In this document: piece after piece, positions 55,738 through 64,000 of the stretch | Layout of the letters: each line of letters starts with the position of its first letter | How positions within the stretch are numbered: the first letter of the stretch is position 1 | Position numbers and translations under genes: made by a program | The notes under the pieces: model-generated | The model's database searches: none | The model's input: the letters and a program-made list of their open reading frames with translations, nothing else | What the model was told of the DNA's origin: nothing | Virus record (IMG/VR): IMGVR_UViG_3300022902_000007 | Reading direction: 5' to 3' (one strand) | DNA length: 64,000 bases | Source: a virus

Positions 55738-57708
55738 TTATATGTCAAGCTCTTCACGAGCAGCTTCGATTAGACTGTCGATTCCCTCTTGAGAAGAAAG
55801 TTCATTTGGCTCAGGTGTCTGGATGTTATCCCAGTCTGGGTCCATGTTTACTTCTTCGAGCTTTGGAAAGTATTCATATTGACATCCCCATCCATCTGTA
55901 GAGTATGCATTTTCGACCCAATTGAGAGCGTTCAAGATGACTGTTCTGATGTCTCCATTTTGCATTGCCTTGTAAATTGCAGGAGCAGCGTCACCTAGAC
56001 AGGCTTTTCTTTTAGTACTTAGCAAAACCTCAAGGCCTCCGGCCTTGGTCATGTCGATAGAAAGTGAAGATGTATGGGGGTGGATACAGCTGAGATTACC
56101 AGAGAGCCCAAACACGCTTGCCAAACTAAGAAGTTGAATGTACAAGAGTCCATTCCCGTCGATCGTGACAACATATGGGCCGCCTACTCTTATGTCCTCT
56201 TTTCCAGCATTTTCAAATCGATCTACATGGATCATGCTTGGCTTGAGAGTGGTGAATTGCAAGAATTTCAAAGAGAAGTCTTTCGCGTAATCTATGTCGG
56301 CTGTAGTACCAAGACCTAATTTGACATTAGTATGTCCTTGCTGGATTTCCATTTCCTGGATTTTCACATGAAGTCTTTCTTCAATTGAAGACAAGATCGT
56401 GTTTGTCATTGCCTGGATTTGGTCTTCATCTATATCTTTTTCAAACTTCTCTTGTGCTCTTGTCACCAATGGCCCGATGTCCAACAGTGCTGCCTTCAGC
56501 CCCTGCAGTTTTCTGTCTTTTTTGGTACATCTGTCTTGAAGATCCTTGATTTCAATTTGAAGTCTTTCTATACGTAGAGAATTGGCTTCAATACCTATTT
56601 TACAGTCTTCAATGAGCTCTTCTGTGATTTCAGTAGTTTCTGTTATCTCTTCTTTTTTATTCTGCAAGACTTTCAGTTCTACTTTTGCCGGCAGACTGTT
56701 GATTGCGATGCTTCTCACGAAGGGTGTCATCGTTTCAGTATCGAGTCCTTTGACTTCTTGTGGAGACGTAGTGATTCTGCTGAGACTGGTGCTATTGGAG
56801 AGAATCTTGAGGGCTGTGTCTGGTAGGCCCTTCCAGTAAGCATGCAGTCTTGCTGTCTTCTGTAGAATCTCTTCTTGGTATTTGTCATAGTCTATATATC
56901 GCTGTGGTTCGTTCAGCATTAGACTTCTGAACTCAGTCAAGAAGCTTATAGCGCGCTTGTATTTGACAATCTTTTCGGGTTTGACAAACATGCCGAGGCA
57001 TACAATTGGCAGTGAGTTCCACACTTGAGTTTCTCTATTGAATACATTGAAGTAGGCTTGGTAGGCAAAAATGCATTCAGACTCTAGGGCGACTTGTTTA
57101 GATACGACTCTAAAGCCATCCCCTGTACCGCACAGTCCGTCTCCGTTTCCTCCTCTGAACAAAGACTTGAAAGAGATTACTGACAATTGCTCTGGAGCAC
57201 TTTCTAGAAAGTGCTGAGCCAAGTCAGTCTTTTCATCAGGATCTATTATCGAGAATGGAGCGATTGCATCGATTGCGCATTCAGAACTCTTGAACAATTT
57301 TGTGAACTTGGTACTATTGCCGTCCTTCCGTTTTTCCACTATCTTTGGAAGCCGTCCGTACTCGAAGTTGGAAATCTCTCCCATGCTCACCGTTGTGAGC
57401 TTGTCCAGCAAGACCTTGGGCCAGGCTGAGTCGTAAGAAACAGACCCATTATCATTTCTAAGCATTAATGAAGCATGCTGTGGCATGCAATCTACTTTGA
57501 TTGATCTCAGGGTATAACCATTCAGATGAACTGGATCTGATCCAATAATCACTGTGGGCCTTGAGGAGAAGTGTCTGGAAGATGGACCAAGTGCATATCG
57601 ATATACACTTCCGTATTTCTCCCTGTCCGAGATCCAAGCTTCATGATATCTTGAGTCTGATACTTTGTATCTCACACTTGTTCGATCCTGATAGATGATG
57701 CAGAGCAC
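55738..57708 (-). CDS. Large protein: N-terminal domain, coiled coil, C-terminal E2-like domain
   Basis: 'GGPYVVTI', 'IHPH', 'ACLGDA..AI', followed by helices; central heptads. Confidence 0.6.
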   Translation of the reverse strand: MLCIIYQDRTSVRYKVSDSRYHEAWISDREKYGSVYRYALGPSSRHFSSRPTVIIGSDPVHLNGYTLRSIKVDCMPQHASLMLRNDNGSVSYDSAWPKVLLDKLTTVSMGEISNFEYGRLPKIVEKRKDGNSTKFTKLFKSSECAIDAIAPFSIIDPDEKTDLAQHFLESAPEQLSVISFKSLFRGGNGDGLCGTGDGFRVVSKQVALESECIFAYQAYFNVFNRETQVWNSLPIVCLGMFVKPEKIVKYKRAISFLTEFRSLMLNEPQRYIDYDKYQEEILQKTARLHAYWKGLPDTALKILSNSTSLSRITTSPQEVKGLDTETMTPFVRSIAINSLPAKVELKVLQNKKEEITETTEITEELIEDCKIGIEANSLRIERLQIEIKDLQDRCTKKDRKLQGLKAALLDIGPLVTRAQEKFEKDIDEDQIQAMTNTILSSIEERLHVKIQEMEIQQGHTNVKLGLGTTADIDYAKDFSLKFLQFTTLKPSMIHVDRFENAGKEDIRVGGPYVVTIDGNGLLYIQLLSLASVFGLSGNLSCIHPHTSSLSIDMTKAGGLEVLLSTKRKACLGDAAPAIYKAMQNGDIRTVILNALNWVENAYSTDGWGCQYEYFPKLEEVNMDPDWDNIQTPEPNELSSQEGIDSLIEAAREELDI

Positions 57709-57956
57709 TACTCACCTCTTTGGCTGTATTCGAATTCTATTGATTCAACATATTCTTTTAGGATTCGTGACCGAAGTGGATCAGGATGATCTCTACGAAG
57801 TCTGATTTGTATCCATTGGTCTTGCTTCGGCTCTTCCATGATGCAATACCATATGGCGTCATTGCTCAAGTCTGGTAGTACGAAGAAGATGTATGGGCCT
57901 GTGCAACAGCCCCAATGCTTTTCAGTTTCGCAATAAATTAGTTCGTTTGAATTCAT
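57708..57956 (-). CDS. Hypothetical protein
   Basis: Coupled to the E2-like gene. Confidence 0.45.
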   Translation of the reverse strand: MNSNELIYCETEKHWGCCTGPYIFFVLPDLSNDAIWYCIMEEPKQDQWIQIRLRRDHPDPLRSRILKEYVESIEFEYSQRGE

Positions 57957-58135
57957 CGAACATAGGTCAGAACAGTCTTGAGTACTGGCACACGATAGAT
58001 CCGGTACTTCTTTTCTGTGTTTTGAGTTTCCAGAGTACGCTTCTGACTACGAGCAGCTTCTCTGTTGGTGAGCACCAGGCTCATGGGCTTGTCGTTGGCA
58101 TAAATGCGATAGAGATAACGAGGTAAACGGTTCAT
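57953..58135 (-). CDS. Small basic protein
   Basis: AAGGA RBS. Confidence 0.5.
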   Translation of the reverse strand: MNRLPRYLYRIYANDKPMSLVLTNREAARSQKRTLETQNTEKKYRIYRVPVLKTVLTYVR

Positions 58136-58146
58136 TTTGTTTTCCT

Positions 58147-59046
58147 TTAGAATGGAAGTTCATCTTCCAGTGTGTTTGATGGAGGAATTGTAGGGATTAT
58201 TTTGTTATGAGAATCCATGTCATGTGACCAGTATGGACTGGCTGTAAAGGTTTCAGCCATGGCAGACCAGACATTGTCCCCTATACTTCCCATATCGAGG
58301 TATTGTGGAAGGAAGCTCTCTGGATTCTCTTCATTGCTTTCAGCAATTTCTGCACAAGGGACATACTGCTTCTTCTTGATTTCCAAATCTGGGAACTGTT
58401 GGTAAGTTTTTATCAGCAATTCAAGAGAGTTCTTGCTGAGTGTGTAGCCCCAACGCTTGCAGTACTTCTTGAATCTCAGAAGCTGGGTAATTACCCTGTT
58501 GTGAATGTCTGAGGTGTCTTCTCCCAGCTTCATGATCATCCAGGGATTCAGTATCTCCAGTTCTTTTTTGAGGTGCCACTTGAAACATTCTTTGTGTACG
58601 TGGATCTTGTTGTCATGGAGTGTCAGGGCACATGCGCAGTTCATGAAGTCATAGTTGACAATGATGTCTATTGGATCTTCGAGCCAGTACTTCATCAACT
58701 GGAACTCTTTGTTTCCCACTCTGACCGTAGTGGCGTTGACGGTATCTGCTACTTCTGATCCGCCATGAGCTCCAATTAGCCTTCCATAGACTTTTTGCTG
58801 AGTTGCTTCGTCTCGAAAGTACAAATCGAAGTCATGATAATAGCCTTTGCGAATCTTCGTGGCATCGTAAGTCCATCTTGGAGCAAATAGCAGAGACATT
58901 GGGAACCCGCCGCAAATAGCGAACTCCCAATGTCTTGCCAAGTCCTGAAGGGTGTATTCTTTCTCCAGGATTGCTCTTATATTGTCTGCGTGCTGTATTG
59001 ATGAGTTAGAATCGATTGATATGGATACAATCTCTTCGGATGACAC
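58147..59046 (-). CDS. Pol-beta-superfamily nucleotidyltransferase (CCA/poly(A) polymerase head-like)
   Basis: 'AICGGF', 'HDFDLYF', 'YDFMNC', 'RFKKYCKRWGY'. Confidence 0.7.
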   Translation of the reverse strand: MSSEEIVSISIDSNSSIQHADNIRAILEKEYTLQDLARHWEFAICGGFPMSLLFAPRWTYDATKIRKGYYHDFDLYFRDEATQQKVYGRLIGAHGGSEVADTVNATTVRVGNKEFQLMKYWLEDPIDIIVNYDFMNCACALTLHDNKIHVHKECFKWHLKKELEILNPWMIMKLGEDTSDIHNRVITQLLRFKKYCKRWGYTLSKNSLELLIKTYQQFPDLEIKKKQYVPCAEIAESNEENPESFLPQYLDMGSIGDNVWSAMAETFTASPYWSHDMDSHNKIIPTIPPSNTLEDELPF

Positions 59047-59423
59047 TACTCACGCTCGATGCTACCGTAAGGACGATAGTCCTGTCCATTGAGCTGAATG
59101 GTATCGGTTACACAAGTACCACGGTTCGCGACAGGCTCGGGCTCGTTGATCTCCATCACAGTAGCAGAGACACCACGGCCGTAGGGCACATACATCTGTC
59201 CATTGAGCTCAATGGCTCCAGTAGGAGTCTGTGGTTCTGGAGTGATATCAATGACGTTCTCAACATCGATAGTCTCTACAGAAGGATAATCTGTGTAGAC
59301 TTCTTCGATAGCCAGAGATTCTGCATTGTTTTCGTCAATGGCTTCTACTGTCTTGACGATGAGCTCTGTCTCATAGGTCGTAACTGGGAAGCTGACTTCC
59401 ATCTCTACATCGAATCTTTTCAT
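59046..59423 (-). CDS. Hypothetical protein with duplicated 'IxLNGQxYxPYG'
   Basis: Internal repeat. Confidence 0.55.
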   Translation of the reverse strand: MKRFDVEMEVSFPVTTYETELIVKTVEAIDENNAESLAIEEVYTDYPSVETIDVENVIDITPEPQTPTGAIELNGQMYVPYGRGVSATVMEINEPEPVANRGTCVTDTIQLNGQDYRPYGSIERE

Positions 59424-59436
59424 TTTTTTGTCTTCC

Positions 59437-59676
59437 TTATTCTATTGTTTTGATCAGGGCTTTGGACAGGCTGTCATTTTCAGCCTGCAGTTTGATGTTC
59501 TCTTCTTTCAGGAAACTATTCTCTTGCTCCAGGTATTCTATTTTCAGTTCTCCTTCTTTCTTGGGGAACTCTCTGAACTTTAGGCGCCATGAGAGCATCC
59601 AAGTTCCTTTGTTGATTAGATGTGCGAGAGTCAATAGACCTATGACAGCGCTAATGGTTATCAATAAATCTGGCAT
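59437..59676 (-). CDS. TM plus coiled-coil small protein
   Basis: N-terminal hydrophobic helix. Confidence 0.5.
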   Translation of the reverse strand: MPDLLITISAVIGLLTLAHLINKGTWMLSWRLKFREFPKKEGELKIEYLEQENSFLKEENIKLQAENDSLSKALIKTIE

Positions 59677-59885
59677 TACTTTTCTTCTTTGATTGTAGTC
59701 TTTTTAGAAGCCCGTTTTTTTCTGACCGGTTTCTTTTTTAGTTTCTCTACTTCTTCTTCGAGCTGCTTGTTCTTCTCTTCTAAATGTTTGTAGGCTTCTT
59801 GTAGCTCTGTGAGTTCCCTGTGTTTGAAGAAGAGTGCTTGCTGTAGCCGAGTAGCTCTTTCCTCTGCAATGAGTGTGTCGTACAT
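59676..59885 (-). CDS. Coiled-coil small protein
   Basis: GGAG RBS. Confidence 0.5.
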   Translation of the reverse strand: MYDTLIAEERATRLQQALFFKHRELTELQEAYKHLEEKNKQLEEEVEKLKKKPVRKKRASKKTTIKEEK

Positions 59886-59897
59886 TTTTTCTCCGAG

Positions 59898-60695
59898 ATG
59901 AACATGACTAATATAACCGACTTGAGAGACATCTTACCAAGACACCAGTGGAAAACCTGGAAGAGACGCGATTTGTCTCAAATCGCAGGTGTATGTTTTC
60001 ACCAGTCTCTTGGAAAGGCTGATCTCTTTGCAATTAACAAGGATCATATCAGTCCTGGTAATCATGTTTCAGCTACTGGCTGTCCAAGAATTTGTTATCC
60101 ATTGTGGATTGACAGGAGTGGAGAGGTGTCTTTGTGTAATGATCTCGAAGACATCACCTGGAGTCAAGGTGGTAGAGCGCGGCCTTTTAGAGGGCGTCTT
60201 CCTAACACTAATTATGTTGGCGTTTGTTTCCAAGGAAACTTCACTGGACATGATCATAGTGGGACGATGAATCCTACAAGAGAACAAGTCCTCGCTGGAC
60301 TTGGAGTTTGGGATTGGTTGAAAGACATGCTTCATCTGACCCAGATGGATTTGTTCGGACATTACCATTTTGGAAAGCCTGCGTGCCCAGGTGATGAATT
60401 GAGAGGGCTCGTGGAGAGTATGAGAGAAGAGGGGCTACAAGAGTTGCTGCCAGGTTCTGTCGAAGACTGGCAGCTTGGTTTGTATGTTCTAGGATATGAG
60501 CTTGGAAGCTCTGGTTCTGACGGAAATGGTATCGATGGAGATTGGGGGCAGAGATCACAGAAGGCCTTGGTTCAGTTCCAGACCGATGCTGGGCTTACCG
60601 TATCGTTGTTGAGGGACACTCTTACGGCTCAGGTAATGGCCTGGGAGCTATTGGCTAAAACAAACAAGAGCTTACCAAGCTACTTGAATAGATGA
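59898..60695 (+). CDS. Endolysin: N-acetylmuramoyl-L-alanine amidase (Amidase_2) with peptidoglycan-binding domain
   Basis: 'CFHQS', 'IDRSG', 'VGVCFQGNF', 'FGHYHFGKPACPG'; 'GIDGDWG..SQKALVQFQ'. Confidence 0.85.
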   Translation: MNMTNITDLRDILPRHQWKTWKRRDLSQIAGVCFHQSLGKADLFAINKDHISPGNHVSATGCPRICYPLWIDRSGEVSLCNDLEDITWSQGGRARPFRGRLPNTNYVGVCFQGNFTGHDHSGTMNPTREQVLAGLGVWDWLKDMLHLTQMDLFGHYHFGKPACPGDELRGLVESMREEGLQELLPGSVEDWQLGLYVLGYELGSSGSDGNGIDGDWGQRSQKALVQFQTDAGLTVSLLRDTLTAQVMAWELLAKTNKSLPSYLNR

Positions 60696-61090
60696 GGAAA
60701 CTTGGTAGGATTTTGATATCCATACCACTGGGTAACCTCTTTACTGGCTGCCTTCCCAAAGAAATCCCTTTTGTATGCTGAGTTTCTTTTGTCAGACAGG
60801 AACACTTTCTGTTCTATTCCGAATTGAGTAGCCGTGATGTCAATTATGTCACTGTTGGTCTCAACCCAACAGTGAGTCCATGGCACGTCTCCTCTAATGT
60901 ATTGCCCGATAACCAAGAAGCTATTCACTCCCTGCTTTTTTAACTCATGTGTCAAGAGACTGGAAGCAACTGCGCAAGCCCCACAGAGGTCTTGTGACCA
61001 GACGACTTTAGCGTCGTGGTTTTTCTTCCTCTCGTCTTCTATTGTCTTTCTTACAGAACTTGCTGTCTTTAGAATCGTTTCCAAGCTCAT
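60680..61090 (-). CDS. Transglutaminase/papain-like Cys-His-Asp protein
   Basis: 'GACAVAS', 'HCWVE', 'IIDITATQF'. Confidence 0.65.
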   Translation of the reverse strand: MSLETILKTASSVRKTIEDERKKNHDAKVVWSQDLCGACAVASSLLTHELKKQGVNSFLVIGQYIRGDVPWTHCWVETNSDIIDITATQFGIEQKVFLSDKRNSAYKRDFFGKAASKEVTQWYGYQNPTKFPHLFK

Positions 61091-61695
61091 TTCCAGGGCA
61101 AGCTCTTGCTAAAAATCTGGCGAGCAAGCTTTATGTCTGTTTGTAGTTCAGGCTTCTTTGTTCCGCTCTTGTCATATAAATGAGCTGCTGGATGCCATGT
61201 ACATAGAACTGGAGTAGAATTAAATCGAAACTGCTTGCCTCGCAGACTTCCACTCATGCTTCTGTTCAGTCTTCTCAAGAAGAACTCGGTAGCTACTCGG
61301 CCAAGACAGACGATGCCTCTTGGTTCTATAATTTTGATCTCTTCGAGCAAGAAGTCACCACAAGTGTCACCTTCTTCTATTGACGGGTTCCTGTTGCCTG
61401 GGGGTTTGCACTTACAGAGATTGGTAAGCCAGATGCCATTCAACCAGTTGAGATCTATGAGGATGTCAGCAAGGATTTCTCCTGCGTCTCCAACGAATGG
61501 TTTTCCGAGTCTTACTTCTTCGCGGCCCAGGGACTCTCCGACAAACATTACTGGATTGTTTGTGGTACGACCAATCCAGATGCCAGGAACTGACTTCTTC
61601 ACTTCAGGGAGAGAGCAACTCTTCTCCTGAGGGCACGACGCTATCTTTTGGCATAGTCTCTGTAGCCTCTGACAACTTTGTTTTGGGAACGGCAT
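61087..61695 (-). CDS. Uracil-DNA glycosylase family 4
   Basis: 'MFVGESLGREE...PFVGDAG', 'TNLCKCKPPGNRNP', 'LGRVA', 'TWHPA'. Confidence 0.88.
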   Translation of the reverse strand: MPFPKQSCQRLQRLCQKIASCPQEKSCSLPEVKKSVPGIWIGRTTNNPVMFVGESLGREEVRLGKPFVGDAGEILADILIDLNWLNGIWLTNLCKCKPPGNRNPSIEEGDTCGDFLLEEIKIIEPRGIVCLGRVATEFFLRRLNRSMSGSLRGKQFRFNSTPVLCTWHPAAHLYDKSGTKKPELQTDIKLARQIFSKSLPWK

Positions 61696-61981
61696 TCAGA
61701 TAACTCCTGCGAGAGGTATAGCCTTTAAACATATCCGTGGCACCCTGGGTTCCAAGAAATACAATTGCTATTGGCTTGAAGATATTCTCAAGTAGCCATT
61801 TGATGTCTTCAGTGAGACGGATATCCATCCATGAGATTACATCGATCGTGAGCCATTCGCTTCCTGAAATAAGAAGAATGACAAAGGAAGCTGCCAGAAA
61901 AACCAGCAGCTTCCTACTTGTATATTTCTCAATCGCGATATCCCAAAGCCCCTTCTTTTCAAAACGAGGCTGGGTATTCAC
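61604..61981 (-). CDS. Holin-like membrane protein
   Basis: 'KYTSRKLLV' plus two TM segments and 'QGATD'. Confidence 0.5.
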   Translation of the reverse strand: MNTQPRFEKKGLWDIAIEKYTSRKLLVFLAASFVILLISGSEWLTIDVISWMDIRLTEDIKWLLENIFKPIAIVFLGTQGATDMFKGYTSRRSYLNAVPKTKLSEATETMPKDSVVPSGEELLSP

Positions 61982-62304
61982 TACAGAAACTCTACTTCAC
62001 TTGCCACGATCTCGGTGGTACGATGAGTAACTTCGTTAGAGTCCTTCCAGGCACGAGGATTCATGCGACCACTTACGGCTACCTTCGACCCTTTCTTGAG
62101 ATACTTCGCGCAGGTCTCTGCGAGTGGACCGTAGGCCACTACGGGAATCCAGTCAGTGGCTTTGACGGTATTGCCATCGGCATCACGGCGACGACGATCA
62201 CAAGCTACACTGAAAGAAGTTACGGCAGTGCCAGAATTGGTCTGACGAAGTTCAGGATCGCGGCCAAGATTACCGAGGCCGCTCCAAGTATTGGTTACGC
62301 TCAT
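61981..62304 (-). CDS. ssb: Single-stranded DNA-binding protein (no acidic tail)
   Basis: 'GNLGRDPELR', 'FSVA', 'YLKKGSKVAVSGR', 'TEIVA'. Confidence 0.92.
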   Translation of the reverse strand: MSVTNTWSGLGNLGRDPELRQTNSGTAVTSFSVACDRRRRDADGNTVKATDWIPVVAYGPLAETCAKYLKKGSKVAVSGRMNPRAWKDSNEVTHRTTEIVASEVEFL

Positions 62305-62386
62305 TTGTTTTTCCTTTTGCTTTCTGTTTTGTGAGAAACTTTTCTCACGAGGAGAGGTGGCTTGTAGCCACCACTTATTCTGTTAT

Positions 62387-62788
62387 TCAAGACAGCCAGA
62401 TGAATCTGTCTGTGCCATACGGGTCATAAGGATTCCACGGTCTTGGCCAGTCAGGAACTGGAGTAGTAGGTATCCAGGGCAGAGGGGCGCGCACCGGCCA
62501 GATTGGAATGTCTTGCTTCTTCTTGGATAGCTCATACGGAAGCAGAGTCTTGTCGATCAGCTCTTTGATCTTCTTGGTAAGCTCAGGATCATTCAGTTTC
62601 TTCAGAAGCTCTTCAGTGGCTTTGGCTATCTTCTCCTTTTCTGTAGGTTCTGACAGCTTCTCAAGCCAAGCGATGGCTGTTGGGGGCACTGTTCCTGTAT
62701 CTGGGTCTTTGTCACAGTTGTCTTCGAGCCACTCTATATAGCTGAGCAGAAGTCTTGCGTATTTTCTTTCTCTTTCTTTATCTGTCAT
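62387..62788 (-). CDS. Hypothetical protein, Pro-rich C-terminus
   Basis: GGAG RBS. Confidence 0.5.
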   Translation of the reverse strand: MTDKERERKYARLLLSYIEWLEDNCDKDPDTGTVPPTAIAWLEKLSEPTEKEKIAKATEELLKKLNDPELTKKIKELIDKTLLPYELSKKKQDIPIWPVRAPLPWIPTTPVPDWPRPWNPYDPYGTDRFIWLS

Positions 62789-63437
62789 TGAGTTCTCCTA
62801 TCATTTTTGTAAGGTCCTTGAAGCGGAACAAGAATCTATTCTTTGCTGCTTTCTGATCCAGTATCAGGTTTGGGAAGACTGGTAACGCTTGGTATTCATC
62901 ACTTACGCCAATAGTCCATTCTTCTGGTGGAGGACCGAGTAACCAGTCTCTTTCGGTCATTAGCATGACAATGTCATACTTGGATACTATCTGAGGCTGA
63001 GGCCACTTCAGTTCATAATGTTGAATGATGTATTTGAGAAGCTTGTTTTCCATCTCCTTGTATTGGGGCATCTGTTCTTTGATTGGCTTTGGTAAGTCAG
63101 TTAGATAAGCTTCGGCGGCATCATGTAAAAGTCCCCACAGAGCAAGACGTGGGTCTTTTGTTTCGGCCCAAACCAAGTCACATACTTCACAACAGTGCTG
63201 TGCAACTGAAAAGAAGAATTGAGTATGACCATTGAATCTGCATTGCATACTCAATGAGTGGGCAATATCTCCTATGTCAAGAACAGATTCTTCATGTTCT
63301 GGTGCCAGCGGAAAGAACTTGTTGGATGAATGAGTTTGAATCCAGCTTCCGTTGAGCCAGGATTTATCCCTGGAAGTATGTGAGCCGGGCACGGGCTGTC
63401 TCCTTTGAAACAGGTTCGAATTCTTCGACTGTTTCAA
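62778..63437 (-). CDS. HD-domain 5'-deoxynucleotidase (YfbR-like); start likely near 63360
   Basis: 'DIAHSLSMQCRFNGH..FSVAQH', 'LLHDAAEAYLTDLPKPIK'. Confidence 0.85.
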   Translation of the reverse strand: MKQSKNSNLFQRRQPVPGSHTSRDKSWLNGSWIQTHSSNKFFPLAPEHEESVLDIGDIAHSLSMQCRFNGHTQFFFSVAQHCCEVCDLVWAETKDPRLALWGLLHDAAEAYLTDLPKPIKEQMPQYKEMENKLLKYIIQHYELKWPQPQIVSKYDIVMLMTERDWLLGPPPEEWTIGVSDEYQALPVFPNLILDQKAAKNRFLFRFKDLTKMIGELNDR

Positions 63438-63651
63438 GTGTGCAGATATTGAATGATCTGTGTGGGAATTCAGTCAGTATTACATGGCTTGACCAGTTAT
63501 CGATTTGTACAGACGAGACGGTATAAAACTTTTCTGGGTCCAGACACTCCTTGACATGTTCCCAGCCCTCACTTCCACTGAGGTCTCTACACATGCGGAC
63601 TTTTGTTCCGGTAGGAGCATCCATTAAGTTTCTGCTCATGTTAGTCTCCAA
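63364..63651 (-). CDS. Hypothetical protein
   Basis: ORF in operon context. Confidence 0.45.
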   Translation of the reverse strand: METNMSRNLMDAPTGTKVRMCRDLSGSEGWEHVKECLDPEKFYTVSSVQIDNWSSHVILTEFPHRSFNICTLETVEEFEPVSKETARARLTYFQG

Positions 63652-63766
63652 ATAGTACTGATAGGGCTATGATGGCGAAATAGAACAGAGCCCACAGGAT
63701 TGCTATTATTACCGGGGCAAGCAACAGAGCAAGAATCACTGCTCCAACAATTGTCCAGAAACTCAT
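63641..63766 (-). CDS. Small hydrophobic membrane peptide (41 aa, not in the ORF track)
   Basis: Hand translation MSFWTIVGAVILALLLAPVIIAILWALFYFAIIALSVLFGD. Confidence 0.4.
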   Translation of the reverse strand: MSFWTIVGAVILALLLAPVIIAILWALFYFAIIALSVLFGD

Positions 63767-64000
63767 TTATTTTATCTCCGTTAGTTGGTACTGGATACCT
63801 TCGATCTCAACAATCTTGCCGTTACAACCTTGGGTTTCGGCCGGCTGGGTACGAAGACGGTGTTCTTCTTCGGTGAGGAGTTTGCCATTGAGATAATACC
63901 GCTTTGTACCATCGGAATTGATGACTGCAGGTCCATCTGTACGGTGTCGTTTATCGTTTAGGTACCAAGCTTGGTAGCCATTGGAATAGATGACAGCAGG
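63767..64000 (-). CDS. Partial second LHREDGPA-repeat protein (5' end outside the window)
   Basis: 'HRTDGPAVINSDGTKRYYLNGKLLTEEEHRLRTQPAETQGCNGKIVEIEG', paralog of 46355-46882. Confidence 0.75.
   Translation of the reverse strand, partial: PAVIYSNGYQAWYLNDKRHRTDGPAVINSDGTKRYYLNGKLLTEEEHRLRTQPAETQGCNGKIVEIEGIQYQLTEIK

Noticed and set aside
1-64000. tRNA/rRNA genes
   Set aside because: Intergenic spaces are very short and no cloverleaf or rRNA signature was recognised by eye; tRNAscan-SE would confirm.

Overview
Gene-dense (~45% GC) segment of a large, probably jumbo, dsDNA bacteriophage genome. Most genes lie on the minus strand. They cover replication, recombination and nucleotide metabolism: primase-helicase, DnaE-type polymerase, RecA, ATP-dependent ligase, SSB, NrdJ, ThyX, dNMP kinase, UDG and an HD nucleotidase. 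These are interspersed with many small hypothetical genes, a surface-glycan modification cluster at the left end and three isolated plus-strand islands. The main finding is a complete, terminator-bounded ubiquitin-like conjugation operon (E2-like, JAB peptidase, E1/ThiF, Ubl ending in Gly-Asn) at 53852-57708. Other notable features: (1) nine otherwise unrelated small proteins sharing an N-terminal MKxRxxFVSNSSSSS(F/Y) motif; (2) a plant Whirly-like ssDNA-binding protein; (3) a DnaE split into two genes without an intein and separated by an opposite-strand cassette; (4) two group I introns whose splice sites can be read from the sequence, one in the helicase Walker B codons and one in dnaE carrying a decayed LAGLIDADG gene. 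No tRNA, rRNA or CRISPR array was seen. All protein assignments are by eye from motifs; no database search was run.
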